From Camelus dromedarius (Eukaryota), in the NCBI RefSeq assembly GCF_036321535.1, contig NC_087436.1:42720001-42784000 (forward strand): a stretch of 64,000 nucleotides of DNA. The letters are read 5' to 3'. The notes beneath the pieces are model-generated. The model made no database searches, had not been told where the DNA came from, and worked only from the letters and a program-made list of their open reading frames with translations. Made by a program: the position numbers and the translations under genes. Shown here one piece after another: positions 1 to 14,309 of the stretch (position 1 is the stretch's first letter; each line of letters opens with the position of its first letter).

Positions 1-475
1 AAATGCTAATGGACCAGAAGTAGGTGTAAAAGTAATACAAGGTGAGCCACCTCTCCACTGCACTCCTTTATCTCATGCTTCCTCTAATTTCTGCCAACTC
101 ATCCATAGCAAACAACATTTTTCACATATCAGCCTATTCACAAAGTAATCTTTCCACTCCTTGGTTTTAACCAAAGTTACCACTTTCCCTGAAGTCTCTT
201 CAGGTAAGCCGTTAATTCTCCCCAGCTCCCTGTGCTCTGATTTAAGCTTTCTCCTTCTGTAGTTGGTACTGCTTCCTGTCTTACTCCTCCCATCAAACAC
301 AAAACTTTCTGCTCCTCTGAGATTCAGACTACACAGTTATCTCAACTTTTGTCCCTCTTGCGCTCTGTTCTTACTTAGTAATTCCCCTGCATTTGTTAGA
401 CTTGGGTATCTTGTTTATTCTGTCATCCTGGAAATTTTCAAAATCGTAACAGCCTCAGAGTTTTGTTCCTAACCA

Positions 476-945
476 GTTGAGGCAGACAGATTTTAAGGTG
501 GCCCCTGTGATCCCCTTCTCCTGATGGTCCCATCTTTGATTAAGTCCCTCTCTTTAGTGTGGGCAGGGCCTTGACATACTGCTAACCAACAGAATATGGC
601 AAAGATGATGGAATGTCACTCTATTTTGGCTCCTTTGTTGGCTCGATGAAGTACGGAGCCGCGCTGGAAAACTCACATAGCAAAGAACCGCCTACAGAGA
701 TCTTTGCCACTAGAAGAGAACTGCCTCCAGGAGCTAAGGGAAGCCCCAGCCCACAGTCAAGCCCTGGCTCTCAGTCCTACAGCCACAGGGAAATCTGCCA
801 ACATTCTGAGTAAACTGGGAGATAGACTCTTCAACACTCAAACCTCCAGAGGAGAACGCCTTTCAGCCGACACCTTGATTGTGGTATGCTAAGACTCTAC
901 ATAGAGGACCCAGCTAAGCAGTGCCTGGACTCATGACCCACCAGA
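476..945 (+). mobile_element. MaLR LTR fragment (MLT1E/F-like)
   Basis: Hallmarks aaggtggcccc..gatcccc, gtgtgggcagg, ctaaccaacagaatatggcaaagatgatggaatgtcact, gaggacccagctaagc. Confidence 0.75.
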
Positions 946-1689
946 GAAGGTGGCTACTTTCTATCCCAGAGGGTAACTTTACTTAGAAATTCACCATCTG
1001 CAGATGGAAAGACTAAATCTTTTTGGATGTGTGTTTTTGACATCATTACATCAGTCAAAACCAGAGGATTGTAGTCCATGACAGCGACAGAATTGACAGT
1101 GTGCGTGTTGCCTGTGTTAACAGACAATCCATTGGCTAATTAATCAAAGACATTGCTGAGAACATTTTTATCTTATTAGAGTTTAACTTCCAGTTGGATA
1201 TAATGAGCAGTGATACTATTCTCATTGCTTTGAGTGGTTCAGCCCTAATGCACAAACATTTTAACCTCCAACTCTAATCTCTCTCCAGTACGACTAAGAA
1301 CATTTCAGTCAGCATGTCAGCAGCCAGCATCTCTTTTCTCTTCCTCCTTTCAGGATGGCAGCTTCAATTAGTAGTTTGTCATCCTACTTTCATATGCTCT
1401 CTGTACAGTAATATTTTACTTGCCATTATCCCAGCCCTCCTACTGATTCCATTAAAGAGTAAGCCAGGAGCAGATTTTCTTTGACTCAAGCTTTTGGTTC
1501 TTACTTTGTTTTTCCTGGCAGATACAGTTCCTTTATTATATGTAACACCTATGGTAATTGCTGCCGCTTCAAAAAATCTTTTCTGAACGTTATTAAGACA
1601 TGAAGAAAGAAAAAGTGTTCACAAAATAGAGATATTATCTTTATTTACATTCCAGTATTCTCTGAGGGAAAAAAGAAGTGGAAAGCTTT

Positions 1690-1900
1690 CACCCTGGTGT
1701 CTCATTAATTCTGACAACATCCCTAGAGGCAGGGAAGTGACGAGAACCATTATTCATGTTATAGAGGAAGAAACACCAAAAAACCCAGAGAGGTTAGATA
1801 TCTTGTTGTAGGTGACACAGTTATTAGGAGACTGGAGGGAAAAAACATACACACAAACCTCAGATTTCTGACTCTGAGGTAGTTCAGTCATTTCTCCACT
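1690..1900 (-). mobile_element. MIR SINE relic
   Basis: ctcattaattctgacaacatccc..gttatagaggaagaaac..cccagagaggttaga resembles the reverse MIR core. Confidence 0.6.
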
Positions 1901-3434
1901 CTGCTTATAGGTATCTGTTTGTAAAGCCCACCTTACTTTTAAATGTTGTAGGCAATTAGTTACATGACAAAAATGTAGGGTAACTCAAACCTCCAAACCT
2001 CAAAGATCTCAGACAAATCTCTGCTTGTCCAGACTTAACAATATGAAGTACCAGATTTCCAAGTGAACGTTCAAACGTACAGTACTAAAGGTACCATGAT
2101 GCAATGGAATGACGAATATGAAGGCCTGGGCTGCTCAGAATGTGTCCCTCCTGCTGGCATGTCATCATTTATGGCTAGAGACCTGAAAGCTACGTGTACT
2201 CAGAGTCTGTTGCAGTTACGGTTCTGAGTGCAAATTAGGTGCTGACAATAAAATGTTCTTAAGCAAAATGTGGAGGGCAGAAGTGAGGAGGAAGCCATTT
2301 CTAGGCTCATTAATTTGCTATTGCTTGCAAACATAGTTACAGAAATGGTTAGGGTTTTGAATCCCCCACATGAGGAGAGGTTAGCTGAGCTGGCTTTGGC
2401 AGTCCACGCTTCATGGAGGCACCCAGTGCAAAGGTTCTTCTACTCCCAGCAGCAGTGGTAGTTGTGGTTTCTGGTCCATGGGTCACAGCTATGTGTTTCT
2501 TTTCCTGTTTGTGGGACTTGGATGATGTGAATGGGAAGGGCACAGAATTAGAACAGACCTGTACTCTGCATTCTGCCTTTGTCCTTTATTTGCTTTACAA
2601 TCATTACAACTTAACTGCCCTGAGTCTTAGTGGGGAAAAGAGGTGTTCACTTCCGCCTCTGAAAATAAACATAATAATACTTACTTTGAAAAAAAAATAC
2701 TTACTTTGAAGGATTGTCACAAAGATGAAAGAGAATCTACACTGAAACAACAAGCACAGGCCCTTGGATGAAGCGCCCACTCCATCTAGACCATAAGACC
2801 TGTGAGAACAGAACAATGTCTGATTCACCACTCTGTTTACAGAGGGTACTCAATAACTCTCTGTTTAATGAGCAAACAGTCCTATCAAATATGGATGTAG
2901 GAGTGATGTTATGTTCAAATATTGCTCCATGGAATCTGCCCACCTTGTGACTGAGTTTTTGAGTACAAGTAAGGGGATAATTTTGAGCCTGACAGATATT
3001 CACTACATTTATTCCCAATCTAGAAATATAAGGCATCCTCCCATCATCTTCAGCATTGTTAACATTAACCATCAGTGGAGTACTTCTTCTGTTTCTTTGA
3101 ATATTGTTTCCCTCCACTCACGGCTCTAAGTTTGTGTGAACTGTATGAAGAGGTTTCTTTTACCTTCTAAGATTATAAATCTTCACTCAACTCTCAACTC
3201 TTAACCTGAAGCCTGTTTCTTCCCCTGAGCCCATGCTGCCCTAGTTATCCAGTCTAGAATATTAATTAAATTTATTTTATTGCAAGCAACAACAACAACA
3301 AAATACTCAGAACATATTAGGAAAATGAGTAATCTAGTGTTACAGGGCTTCTCAAAGGACAAGAGAGTGAATGCAGCCCAGCCTGTAGAAGGACTAAAAT
3401 CTATAAATGTAAACATATTAATAATCATGAGAGT

Positions 3435-3640
3435 ATTATCTCTTTGTGTGCTTCATTCTCTCTGTGCAGACTGGACTCCCCAATTCATGTGGCAGAATTT
3501 GATTTCCAGCAGTTCCCAGTTTGCATGTTATAGCTCAGTCACATAGAAACTAAATCCTTCTCCAGTCCCAGTTCCAAAATCCTAGGTAAGAAACTCTAAT
3601 TGGTCGTGCTTGGGTCCAGACACACTCACACTGAGCTGCA
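3435..3640 (-). mobile_element. MaLR LTR fragment (MLT1J-like)
   Basis: cttcattctctctgtgcagactgg..gttccaaaatcctagg..ctctaattgg..cttgggtc resembles reverse MLT1J/K. Confidence 0.5.
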
Positions 3641-3884
3641 TAACTCCACAAGGGCAGCACTGTATGTGTTTTGACTACCTACTGCACAGTGCACATAGCC
3701 GATGTTCAGTAAAGGTTTACTGCATAAAGGAATGGTCTGATCAACTGTAGTAAGGGAGGTGGACTCATGTACCAGTGTGGCTGCCAGGAGCCTATCCTTG
3801 TGCACTGAGTCTGGGATGCAGTTAAGAATGCATTCATGAGCTGGACTGACCCTCCAAAATGTGCTCACTGTGCCTATTCCATAA

Positions 3885-4358
3885 TGTGGCTCCTGTTTCC
3901 TCTCCAGCTCTGAACCACTCCTCTCTCACTCTCCACAAATCCATCCACACTAGCTTGCTATCTGTTCTCTAACAACAAGTCTTGCCTTATATCCAAGCCT
4001 TTCCAGTTTCAGTTTGGCCTGGACTGCACGTACAGTTGCCTTTTAAATGGCAATATATTCTCATGTTTTAACTGTAAGGTCAGTGTCTCCAGATCACCTA
4101 ATCATCCTACCATAAATGGCCTCCTCCAGTTCCCCACTATCTTACCATGCTGTTTATTTCTTTCATAGACAACACTTACCAAGATTTATTAAAAAATCCT
4201 ATATGTTAATTTCTTTTTTGTTTATGCTCTTTCTCCCAAGTAGTTCACAAGCTTAAGGATCATAGGAAACTTACCTGTCTTGGTCACTGTTTCAGCTCCA
4301 ATGTCTAGTACAGTGTCTGAATTACTGTACGGTTCCACACATATTTGTTGAATCAATT
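3885..4358 (+). mobile_element. L2 LINE 3' end
   Basis: Pyrimidine-rich body ending tcttggtcactgtttc..ctagtacagtgtctg..atatttgttgaat (L2/MIR tail). Confidence 0.7.
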
Positions 4359-5454
4359 TGGTAAAACTCTAGGCTCTTCCCATGGCTCTTGAGTTGTCAC
4401 AGAAGAGATAGTAATAAAACATAAGGATAAAATCAGAATACTTGAATTTATGCCATTTCATAGCCAAGATTTTTTTTTTTAAATCAGTAGCTGTCTGTTT
4501 CTTGATTATAAAATGTCAAAATCATGTTTAGCTACCTAACTTTTCCAAGGCATTACTTAAAGATCGAACAAGATGTTACATAAAATCATTTTGTGATTCG
4601 AAAGTGGAATAGCAATGCTATTTATATTGTAGGTATTACTACCATAGAAACATTAATTATTTAATTAAAATTAATAGTAATAGTTATTAATATTAAACAG
4701 ATTGCCAAGAGTCAACCCTTAACCTATCCCAAGTCGATAAGACTATTAGTTGTACACTTTCCATATGGAATAACACTTGATTACTTTTCAATTTTTTTTT
4801 TTAGAAGAGTCATAGCACTCAAAATCAACAGGGTAGCCACTTACTGGAAAAGGTTCTTTCCAAAGGAACTAATAAGAGTGCTATGTATTGCAGCTCATTT
4901 GCTTTTACTATGTCCGCTTTCCACAATGCTCTTCCACTTTTGCTTAGATCTATTGCCCCATGAAGTGATACAATTCCCAGCTGGAAATAACTTCTCCCTT
5001 TTCTAGCTTACTTCAGCACTCTATGTGTTTTCCCATGGGCACATCCCCCTTATCACTGTGTGAAATACAGGGAATCTGAGGAGGTAGGAGGGAGAGCTCA
5101 AAGCCACCAGTAGGAGAGCGTGGCCAACTCTGTGCTGCAGAACTCTGGGCAGGAGCAAGAATGGGCAGCAGAGAGAACTTGTCGTCATTATCGTTGGATT
5201 GCTTTTCCCCAGGAAGACGGAGAGGCTAATAGGTCAGTGGCACAAGGGAAGAAAAGAAAAGTGATGTTAACCAGGAAAGGAAATGAGCCACAGGAAAACA
5301 AAAGACTGTCACTAGGATGACCATATCCCACATATTGGTTCTGGAATTCTGGGGGGAAAAAAAAGCATCTACTATGGTTTCTGAAAACCTGGAGAGAAAC
5401 ACTAAGAAAAACAAGACTCTGTGTTTCCATAATTTACTTAGATGTGATAATGAT

Positions 5455-5695
5455 AATACAGTAACAGCAACAACTACTTTTTATTGAGTATTTATTATGT
5501 GCCTAGCACTGTACTGAGTATTTTATCAGTATCACCACCTCATTTAATTATATAGCAATTCTTCAAATAAGTACTGTTATTATATCCATTTTGCAGATTA
5601 AAAACAGATGCCCATAAAGGTGAAGTAATTTGCTCAAGCTGATAGGTGACTGACTTTTAAGATCCTGCTCTTAACCACTAAGCCATACTGCCTCT
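5455..5695 (-). mobile_element. MIR SINE
   Basis: ttattgagtatttattatgtgcctagcactgtact..ccattttgcagat..aggtgaagtaatttgctcaag..gctcttaaccacta. Confidence 0.8.
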
Positions 5696-5974
5696 CTACA
5701 CTGAGATTTGACTGGAAGGCGTCATTAATTTCCAAATAGATCTCACAGATATTTACTAAATGTATGATATTTTACATTTAATTATTTTCTATGGCCTTAT
5801 TTTACACATATTTGCAAAGAGGAAAGAAGAAAAGAATTGTTCAATATTATATTCTGTATCTTAAGTGGCCTGGATAGAGGTATTTCCAGCAATGGGGACA
5901 CTGCTAAGCAAAATCCCCTTGGGCCCTTTGTGGTGTCTTGTTATAATCATATTTTATCTCAACTACTAGACAGG

Positions 5975-6190
5975 CTGCTCCTGTGGGTTGGATTTGAGCC
6001 CAGGTTCAAATCAATTTGCAATTTGTGTGAACTTGGAGAGGTTACTTAATCTTTCTATCCCTTAGCTTCCTTATGTGTAAATGGGGATAATATCATTGAA
6101 CTCTTATAAAAACTAAATTTCTATCTCCTTAACCCTTCACTGTGCTTTGCTCACAGAAAACCCCCAGTAAATATTATCCTGTGGTTGTTG
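5975..6190 (+). mobile_element. MIR SINE
   Basis: gtgtgaacttggagaggttacttaatctttct..tgtaaatggggataata. Confidence 0.7.
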
Positions 6191-7164
6191 TTGCTGTTAG
6201 TAAACCATTCACGGGTGATTGAATATCCTTTGGTGAGAACACAGGCTAGTTCCTCCCTGATGTGTTCTTTCTTAGTCCACAATATTGCTGCGCATGGCAA
6301 GTGTGAGAGAACAAAAAGGAAGAGAAAGAGAAATTGGACTTTTGATTTTAGCCATATACTGGGATTTAGAATAAAAATGTTAGTTTTAATAATCTACTGT
6401 CACATTGTACACAGAGTGAGGTGCATGAGTTCATGTTTTAAAAGTACATTTTCACTGAATTCTTTTTCTTAGTTACCACTGCCATACCTATACTTCAGGC
6501 GGGGTAGTGTATAGCTTTTTTCGTTTCCCTCATTTGCACAGTGAGAAGCTAATGAAATATTTAGAATATTTATTCTTTCAATATCTAAATTTAATCAGCT
6601 TTGAGGAAAGACAAAATGATCCAAAGAGTAAACATTTAATAAGCCAAACCTGCATATGCCATGCGTTATCCAGACGACTGTAGCTCCTTTCCCTTGGCCC
6701 CCATCAAAGAGCTTGCATGTTCTTTGCAGCCAAATGGGTTCAAATGCAATCAGTGCACATGCTCACATATACCAAATATAATGAACAAACTGTCAAAGAT
6801 TTTTAAACTTTGACACAGAATTAATTTTTAAAATATGTATGAAAAATTGCTGATATAATAAAGTAGAAATAGAGAAGGGCTATGAGTTAGATGGGTGAAG
6901 AAGCCAATCCAAGGAAAGGTAGTCCAGTTTCCAAGCTAGCACAAAGTCACATTTTTATTTATAATTTAAGCAGCCACTGTAGGTAGAACTTGGATAACTC
7001 ACTGTGGAAGATAGGTGAGTAAATAAAGGTAAGTACCTCTTCACAGAGAACCTTACAATATATATCATTAATTAGCATTAAAAAGTAATGAATCAAGGAA
7101 AATGGACACTAGGGCCTTCATATAGAGTCCAGATACTGTTTTCTTCTCCCCGTGATCACCATCA

Positions 7165-7350
7165 TCATCCTCATCATCACAGGTAGCATACTTACTATAT
7201 ACATGATTTACTTTACATGCTTTATCTCAATCTTCACAATGATCCATTGAAGTAGATTCTATTATAATTTTTATTTCTCTTTTATAGATAAAGAAATTGG
7301 CTTCGTGAATTGAATTTACTTGCATAAAGTTCACACAGCAGTTAGTAATC
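7165..7350 (-). mobile_element. MIR SINE relic
   Basis: ttacatgctttatctcaatcttcacaat..tttatagataaagaaattgg..aaagttcacacagca. Confidence 0.6.
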
Positions 7351-9995
7351 ATTATAATTCCTCACAAAGAGTCTTTGGTTTGCTGGTTAGATGATTGTTT
7401 TTCTTCAGTAACTCCTTTAAATGTTAGGCTCTTGTGTATTTTGAATGAGATTTCAACTTTCCTTTTCTTGACAAGAACAAATGTCTGGAGAGACTTCATT
7501 TTTCTTTATATATAAAATGAAAGAAATGGAAGGCCATATCAGATTTTCCTTCCTATTTTGAAATTTAACAGATATTAAACTGCATCGACATATGAAGTAA
7601 GCATTATAAAAGGCTACATGTAGATTTCTATGGATGAAAAGCACTAATTTTCTCTGAAATGATCTGAACACTTATCCAATGAATATCAGAATTTTATGAA
7701 ACATCCCAATAATCAAAATAAAGGTAATATTGCTGCCTATGAGTCCCAATCCCTAACTTAAATTTACTGTACAAAGGAAAATTATTTAATATTGCATATA
7801 TTAGGAGTCAAAATACTGAGTTAAGGAACACTGTCAGACTATCAAGAATATGGAGTTGAATAGCCTTTCTGTTGTGGTTGTTTATATCTGTTTGTTTAAG
7901 TGTTTCCCCCACCCAAATTCTTTTAAATTATAGGGAATTAGAAAAAGTTAAAAAAAAAAATCAAAGAACATTTTGTCACAACTCTTGTGACCAATTAATG
8001 CATGAAGAGATCTCTGTGCTTCGTCTCTTGTTTCTTTGTGAGAATATTAATTTTCCACCTGGTTTCCACTCAGTTTTTCCGTGCCTGCTTACATACATAT
8101 CCATTTGTGAATTAACAAAGAAATATTTAAACATTTAAAATACGCAAGAAAACCCAGGCCTAGAAAGAAACATGTTCATCTCTTGGAGGAATTCTATATA
8201 TTTCTTGATAACTGATGTTTCAACTGCAGCTTTCCTCAGAGCTCAGTCTTTTTTCAACAAAAGACAGAAAATCAATGATTGGATGTTGTAACTTTCCACT
8301 TCAGAGGGTGCAGCTTGTGTTCTTATGCGTGCCAAAAGTCTTAATTCTTAAGTGCTGACAAATTGTCTGTGTCAATAGCTCTATGATTCAGCTTAATTTA
8401 TAAATGTGTGTAACAGTCCGTAAAGTTCTAAAGCTGCTTTGCAAGCAGTTTGTAAAATATCTAGCGTATACAAAGGTTTATCCCTGTGGAATCCCTTCTG
8501 GCACTGTAATTTCTTTCCTTTCATTGTAATCTCTTCCTTGTTTAAATAGAACACTTAAACAATTAGATGTTTTGCTAATTGTTCCTGAATTTGCACCAAG
8601 ATTGGTTCGTATTTCTTGCATCACTGGGACAAAAGAAAACCAACAGCCTAAGATACTCTGGCTTCATTTGCAAATTGCCTAGACAAGGTCTTCCTCGAGA
8701 AGGGACTTGGTTCTTTTCTAAAAGACTCCCCTGAAGACTCCCCAGTTAGATTTCCTATGTTGAACTTTATTCTTGATAGGTTTTCTCCAAAAATATCACA
8801 AGAAACTGGAAACCAGAAAGTGTGAAAGGGGAGGTGAGAGAATTCTGTCATCATAAATAATGACTGCCATGGAATGATTTCCTAAATCAGATTGATTTCT
8901 AAGGTTGGCAGAATATTATCTAATTTTCAGTAAAACCACCTAAAGGGCTGAGTTAGAGATGGTCCCTGACAGGCATTGGGAAACTTTTGATATTACTGTC
9001 AGCTTATAAAAGAAAGTATAAGGGGAAATATAATAAATTGGTTCTGCAAAGAGACGTTTAAAATTTTATATTATAGAATTGGCAGAATAAAAACACATTT
9101 TAAGGAGAAGCTTTGATTATATAATGCTAAGTGCTTTGCCAGCTATCTCCCTGAAATGCATCTTTCTAACATATTTGTTCCAAAATTCTTTCCACACAGT
9201 AAGTATTCATTTCAATTAATGTAAGGATGATTCCAGGATTCATGTATGATGTAATTATTCCAGGGCCCCTTTCAAAGTACTAAATTTGACTCAAAAACAT
9301 TTTATTTTAAGCAACTTTCAAAGAAGAAAGGTTTGATTCTTGGCTTTTGCTTCTAGCAAATAACATGTTAAAAATGTATTACAAATGAGACAACTAGATT
9401 TTTTTTTCTTGGTTGTTTTCTTCCTGTGAGTTTCTTATTTAATTCAGGCCATGAACAATAACATCATAAAGAAGTGTATTAAAATATTAGTGAAGGTAAA
9501 AAAAACCTATCTTTTATGAGCAGAGGATAAAGAATTAAATAATAGACTTTTTAGCTAACAAATGGTGTGTTTTAATTTTTATCTTTCAACTTAAAAAAAA
9601 TCCAGTTGAATGGCTTAATTATTTAAGTTAAGAAAAATGATTACCTTTAAAAAGGGGAAAATGTTTTTAGTAGACAAAATATTTTCTCACATTTTTCACC
9701 CAATTATTTCTACCGAGGCAGTTAGCAAAGAGAAATTGGGATTACTATAGTGGAGGGTTTTAACTAAACAAGTAATAGAAAATAGGAAGAAAAGAAATTC
9801 TGCCTCTCAGTACTTGAAAACTTAAATTTGTAGTTATGGGAAAACTCTCCAGTAATACCATCAAAGTTACCACCAACCATTTTTAATGTACAAAATCACT
9901 CACCACCAAAGTACAGTGCTTATCCTAAGGCTGGTATCCCATTTCAGTATGTAATTTGATTTAGTGTATAATAATATCACAAAGAAAATAAATGA

Positions 9996-10000
<5 letters not shown>

Positions 10001-10035
<35 letters not shown>
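10001..10035. repeat. (AC)17 microsatellite
   Basis: Perfect dinucleotide run. Confidence 0.97.
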
Positions 10036-10038
<3 letters not shown>

Positions 10039-11719
10039 TTCTATTTACAACATATCAGAATGATTCCAGAAGTAAAAAGAGCTGTGCTTAAGACAAGATT
10101 CTTGACAGTCAATAATAAATTTTACATCATTCAGTATCTCATAAATCTTCATAGCACTCACCCTGTCAATACTAAGGCAAAGTAAAAAACTATATAGCTA
10201 CATTTTTGTAGCACATTGCTGCAAATCATACTAAACATTTGCGAAAAGAATCTATGGATCAGAAACTTCTATTAATATCCAGATAATCACTGCTAATGAG
10301 GTGATTGTTCAGTGCTATTACATTGAGAACTGCTGTAATTTGAATTTTATGCTTGCAATTACTCAAAATGATGAAAAGATTTTTGTTATATATTACTCTA
10401 AGGGCAAAAAGGTCTTTTATTTTTTAACCTAAAAAAGTCAGGCATAAAGAATTCTGTCAAAATTCAACAACAGAAAAGGAATATGTTCAAGTTCATTTTA
10501 AAATCTGTTATCTATAACAATAATAACTAATAGTAGAAATTCAGACACTATGAGTTCTTGTTTATAAAATAATTTATTCTAATAAACTTGTAATTTTTTT
10601 TCTAAATGTATCCACCTTAGGGCTTTAAAAAAAAAAAAAAGACCGTGAAAAAAAATTCCCTGTAACATTATGCTTGGCAGCTCTCAGAATTACTCTTCTC
10701 TCTAAAAGGGCAACATGGGGAGGTCGGGGCAGTGGGATTGCAGCGGCAAATTTGATGTGGCAGATAAGATACCTCCATGCCCCCAAAATGCCTCACTAAG
10801 ATAATGCCAACTCTGGGATTGGTCAAGACTCTAAAGTGGTGACAAGCACAGCCTACTTTCCAGGTGATGGGACACTTCACCATTGGCCCTACTTGGGAGT
10901 GAGACCGAGGGTGAGAAGAGTGGGGCTCCCCAGTCCTATAACAGCAGCAGCCTCCCTGTCTTCCTTCAGCAACCTTTCTTCCTTCACGCTAAGATTTTTT
11001 CTACTTCCCTTTTAAAGGGCCACACAAGGAGGAAGCTGGCAGCTATGAGAAATAATTTTTTTGCCCTTTTTGATTTGAGTTACTTAAGTCAGTTCTCAAT
11101 TCATACAAAGGAAGGCAACATTTTGGTGATACCATGCATAGTTTATTGTTCTGCAGCTATCCTAGGAAAAACAGTCTCCTTCATTTTATTTCCCAGGGTT
11201 TCAAAAACAGATGCTAGAAGAGCATACCTATGAAAGCTGGTAAAATTATCAAAATAAGTAATATATTCCACTTAGAACATTATTTTAAATAGGACTTCGG
11301 TTTAAGAAATAATTAAGGTATATTTAATTCATTGGCCTTTCAGCTGTGTCTTTTTAAATTCTAAGTATACTTTTTCAAAATTACACATCCTATGGGAACA
11401 GAAACAGAAGATTTTTAAAAGTCAGATAAATTTTAACTTAGAAATGTATGAATATATGTTCAATTCCTTACATGGTGAACTGAACTAAATGAGAAAAATA
11501 TGATCAATAATGGCACGTTTTTGGCATAGCATAGAATGATCACAGTACATAATAACTTGCTGTCTATACTCCAAAACATGCAATCTTAGAATTGAAATTT
11601 GCAATCTGGAGTTCACAGATATTGTACAGTTACCAATTTTTAGCATTCTTATTTTTTCAGCTTTGGGCAAACCATAAACACGTTTTGTCTTTGGGCTCCA
11701 CTGCTTGGCAGTGGGCACA

Positions 11720-12110
11720 TTAGAAACGTGCTACTCTTGCTGAACAATTTCCTCAGAGAATAAGTTCCCACTCACGGCCCCTTTTGCCGCACACTAACCT
11801 ATTCATTGTCCCTGGGCATCTCAGGTGGCCATGTTTTAGTAATTTAACTCCACTACCCAGACCACAGCTGTTTTCCAGCACTGGACTCCAACTGGAGGGA
11901 ACCCAGTCTATGGGCTGAGGGACACCAACTAGATTACCTCAGAAGAATTTAAATAAGAGACAGACTCTGGTTGTCCGCAGGCAGGGCAACCAATACCCTG
12001 AACCAGCAATTCCAACAGCTCCCCTTGCTCCCCCGGGTGCCAACACAGCTGCTGTAAGTTTCTGCTGGTTAATTTATTTATCTAATATGCTTTCAGTCAG
12101 CGGGTTTTTT
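11720..12110 (+). mobile_element. Degenerate old MaLR-type LTR fragment
   Basis: cccagaccacagctg..gacaccaactagatt..agaagaattt resembles MLT1J/K. Weak similarity. Confidence 0.35.
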
Positions 12111-12561
12111 TTTTAAATTTTCAAAACGTACACTGACTATATCACAGGTTATATGCAAATCACGTGAAATAGCACTCCTGAGGCTGCTATGGGAGAAAAA
12201 CAGATAACCTAAAAGGCTGCGCGTCACTGAATGTGGTATTGCATGAGGGAAAAATTAGGTACCAGAAATAATTCACCAAATATGGAAATGTGGAGACTTA
12301 GCAATTCAAATCAAAAGACGGCAGACTCTGTTTCTTATCCATGAAAGTAAATTAAGCTGGCAAAGAGTGGGAAAGCTAGTAAAGATGACACAGATTCCTC
12401 AAAAATCCTTTGAGGGGAAAAAAGTAGAAGAATAATAAGTTTTCTCACTTGCAAGTATGCTGTACTGAGATTCAGCTAGCAATTTTGGGAAGCCAACTCT
12501 GTGATAGGTAAAATGTGCTCTCCTGGAGGTAGAAATTTTAACAAGAACAAAATTAAAGATT

Positions 12562-12774
12562 AAAAAAAGGTAGTGGCTCTATATACTTTTTCATGGATAG
12601 AAATAGGACTGAAATAAAATAATCCAAAATATCAGTGTTGCCTCTGGGTAGTAGAAATTATGAATCATTTCTTTTGTCCTTTTTTTTTTTTTTAACATGC
12701 TTCCACCTCTTCCAAAATTTTAATAATAAACATGTAATGCCATTAAAAAAAAAGGGAAAAAAAAGGTAGTGGCT
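12562..12774 (+). mobile_element. Short retrotransposed insert with poly(A) and 17-bp TSD; body resembles an L1M (ME-type) 3' end
   Basis: TSD AAAAAAAGGTAGTGGCT at 12562-12578 and 12758-12774; AATAAA 12725-12730; A-tail from 12745; TT|AAAA target site. Confidence 0.75.
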
Positions 12775-14309
12775 TTCTTGACACGCTAAAGCTAGTAACC
12801 ACAGAGTTGGGATTCACTATTTTCTGACTCCAGGTACAATACTTGAATATTCTCTTCATTTTCTTACTGGGGTCTAGCAAGCCCTGGGCCTCCATATACA
12901 TTTTTAGCCTTTAAGTCATATAGACTGTTCATCACATGGCTGCCACATAATTTTATAAAGCAAAATGAAATTTTTTGAGTGTTTAAATGAGCTCAACATC
13001 CTCATTTTGTATCTGAGAAAAATAAGATCTGGGGGTGAGAACTGATTTGCCTGTGTGGACAAAGCTAGATGATGGTCAGGATTAGAGACCAGGTATCAGA
13101 CTGCCAGTGGGCTCCTCACATTCACCTGGTAGACAATGCTAGCCACTTCCACGAACACAGACTTTGAAGGCAAAGTGGATCTAGATGTCACACATCTGAC
13201 AAACAACTTATTCTGATGCATTGTGTATCCTTAAATAAAATACATCAAAGGTGTACACCACCCTCTTAATTATGTCAGTGTTTTCACGAAAAGGAAATAA
13301 ACTGGAAATAAAATGCAAAAGAGGTAAGAGGCTTCTTTATTCTGTGTTGAGCCAGACTTAAGATGACCACAGCAGAGAATGTTTTCCCCGCTGCCATCTC
13401 TGATGCTACATTGGGGTGGAGATATGTGTGCCCTTACTTTCAGGATGCTCTGCAGGATCCTAAATAACAATTATGTGCATAGTCCTGTCATCCTTGTTCA
13501 TATAAAATGTCATGTGCAAATAGAAATTTTAAATTGTTAGCTTTTAAATACTTTTTTCTTTTATTAAGCCAGAGTGTAAGTTTTCATATAGGAAGAGAAA
13601 GTTATAGAGGCATTATAAAATTGGGTTACTGAATGTCAATTATCTAATATTCTAATTAAAGAAATTTATTTTCAGAAATGTTTAAAATATGATAAAACAT
13701 TGCCAGCACCTAGTTCTCTGTCTATAATTAAATCTTACATAATAAACAGCCACCCCCTAGTCACCCATCACACATACACAAAAGATAACGTTGTATACTA
13801 GTCATTACAACTATTTTCATGCATGGTCCATGTACTTGCATTTAAAGATTTTCTCTCAAATCTTAGGACTATGTAATTGTCATTAAAAGTTAGTGTGACT
13901 TAAAACTTATTTTAGAATATTCACTTCATTTAATTTGTGGCTCTCTAACATTTTAGATACTTTTAAAATTCTCCAGCTATATTCATCAGACTTGCTTCTG
14001 TGAATAAAAAATCTACCACTACAAATGAAAGAGGTCAAGACAGCTTAAAACACTACTGTTTAGAAGTGACAAAACTCTGAATACATCAACTACTTATATG
14101 TATTTTAAATGTATTTAAAAGTAGGCAAAGTTTTTAAAATGTTTATTGTTTCAACAACTTAATTTTCTTCAATTCATTGATTTGGTTTGTCATTTTTAAT
14201 AACAGTACTCTTTCTAGTAGGACTAATTTTTCTTCTACTGTATGCTTATAAACCTGATCTGTCAATTATCTTACTAGCTACCTATTAACTAGGTCATCTT
14301 TTGCCCTAA

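Noticed and set aside
2737..3117. 126-aa minus-strand ORF
   Set aside because: No recognisable domain, no splice support, and it partly overlaps an L2-like tail at about 2775-2880.
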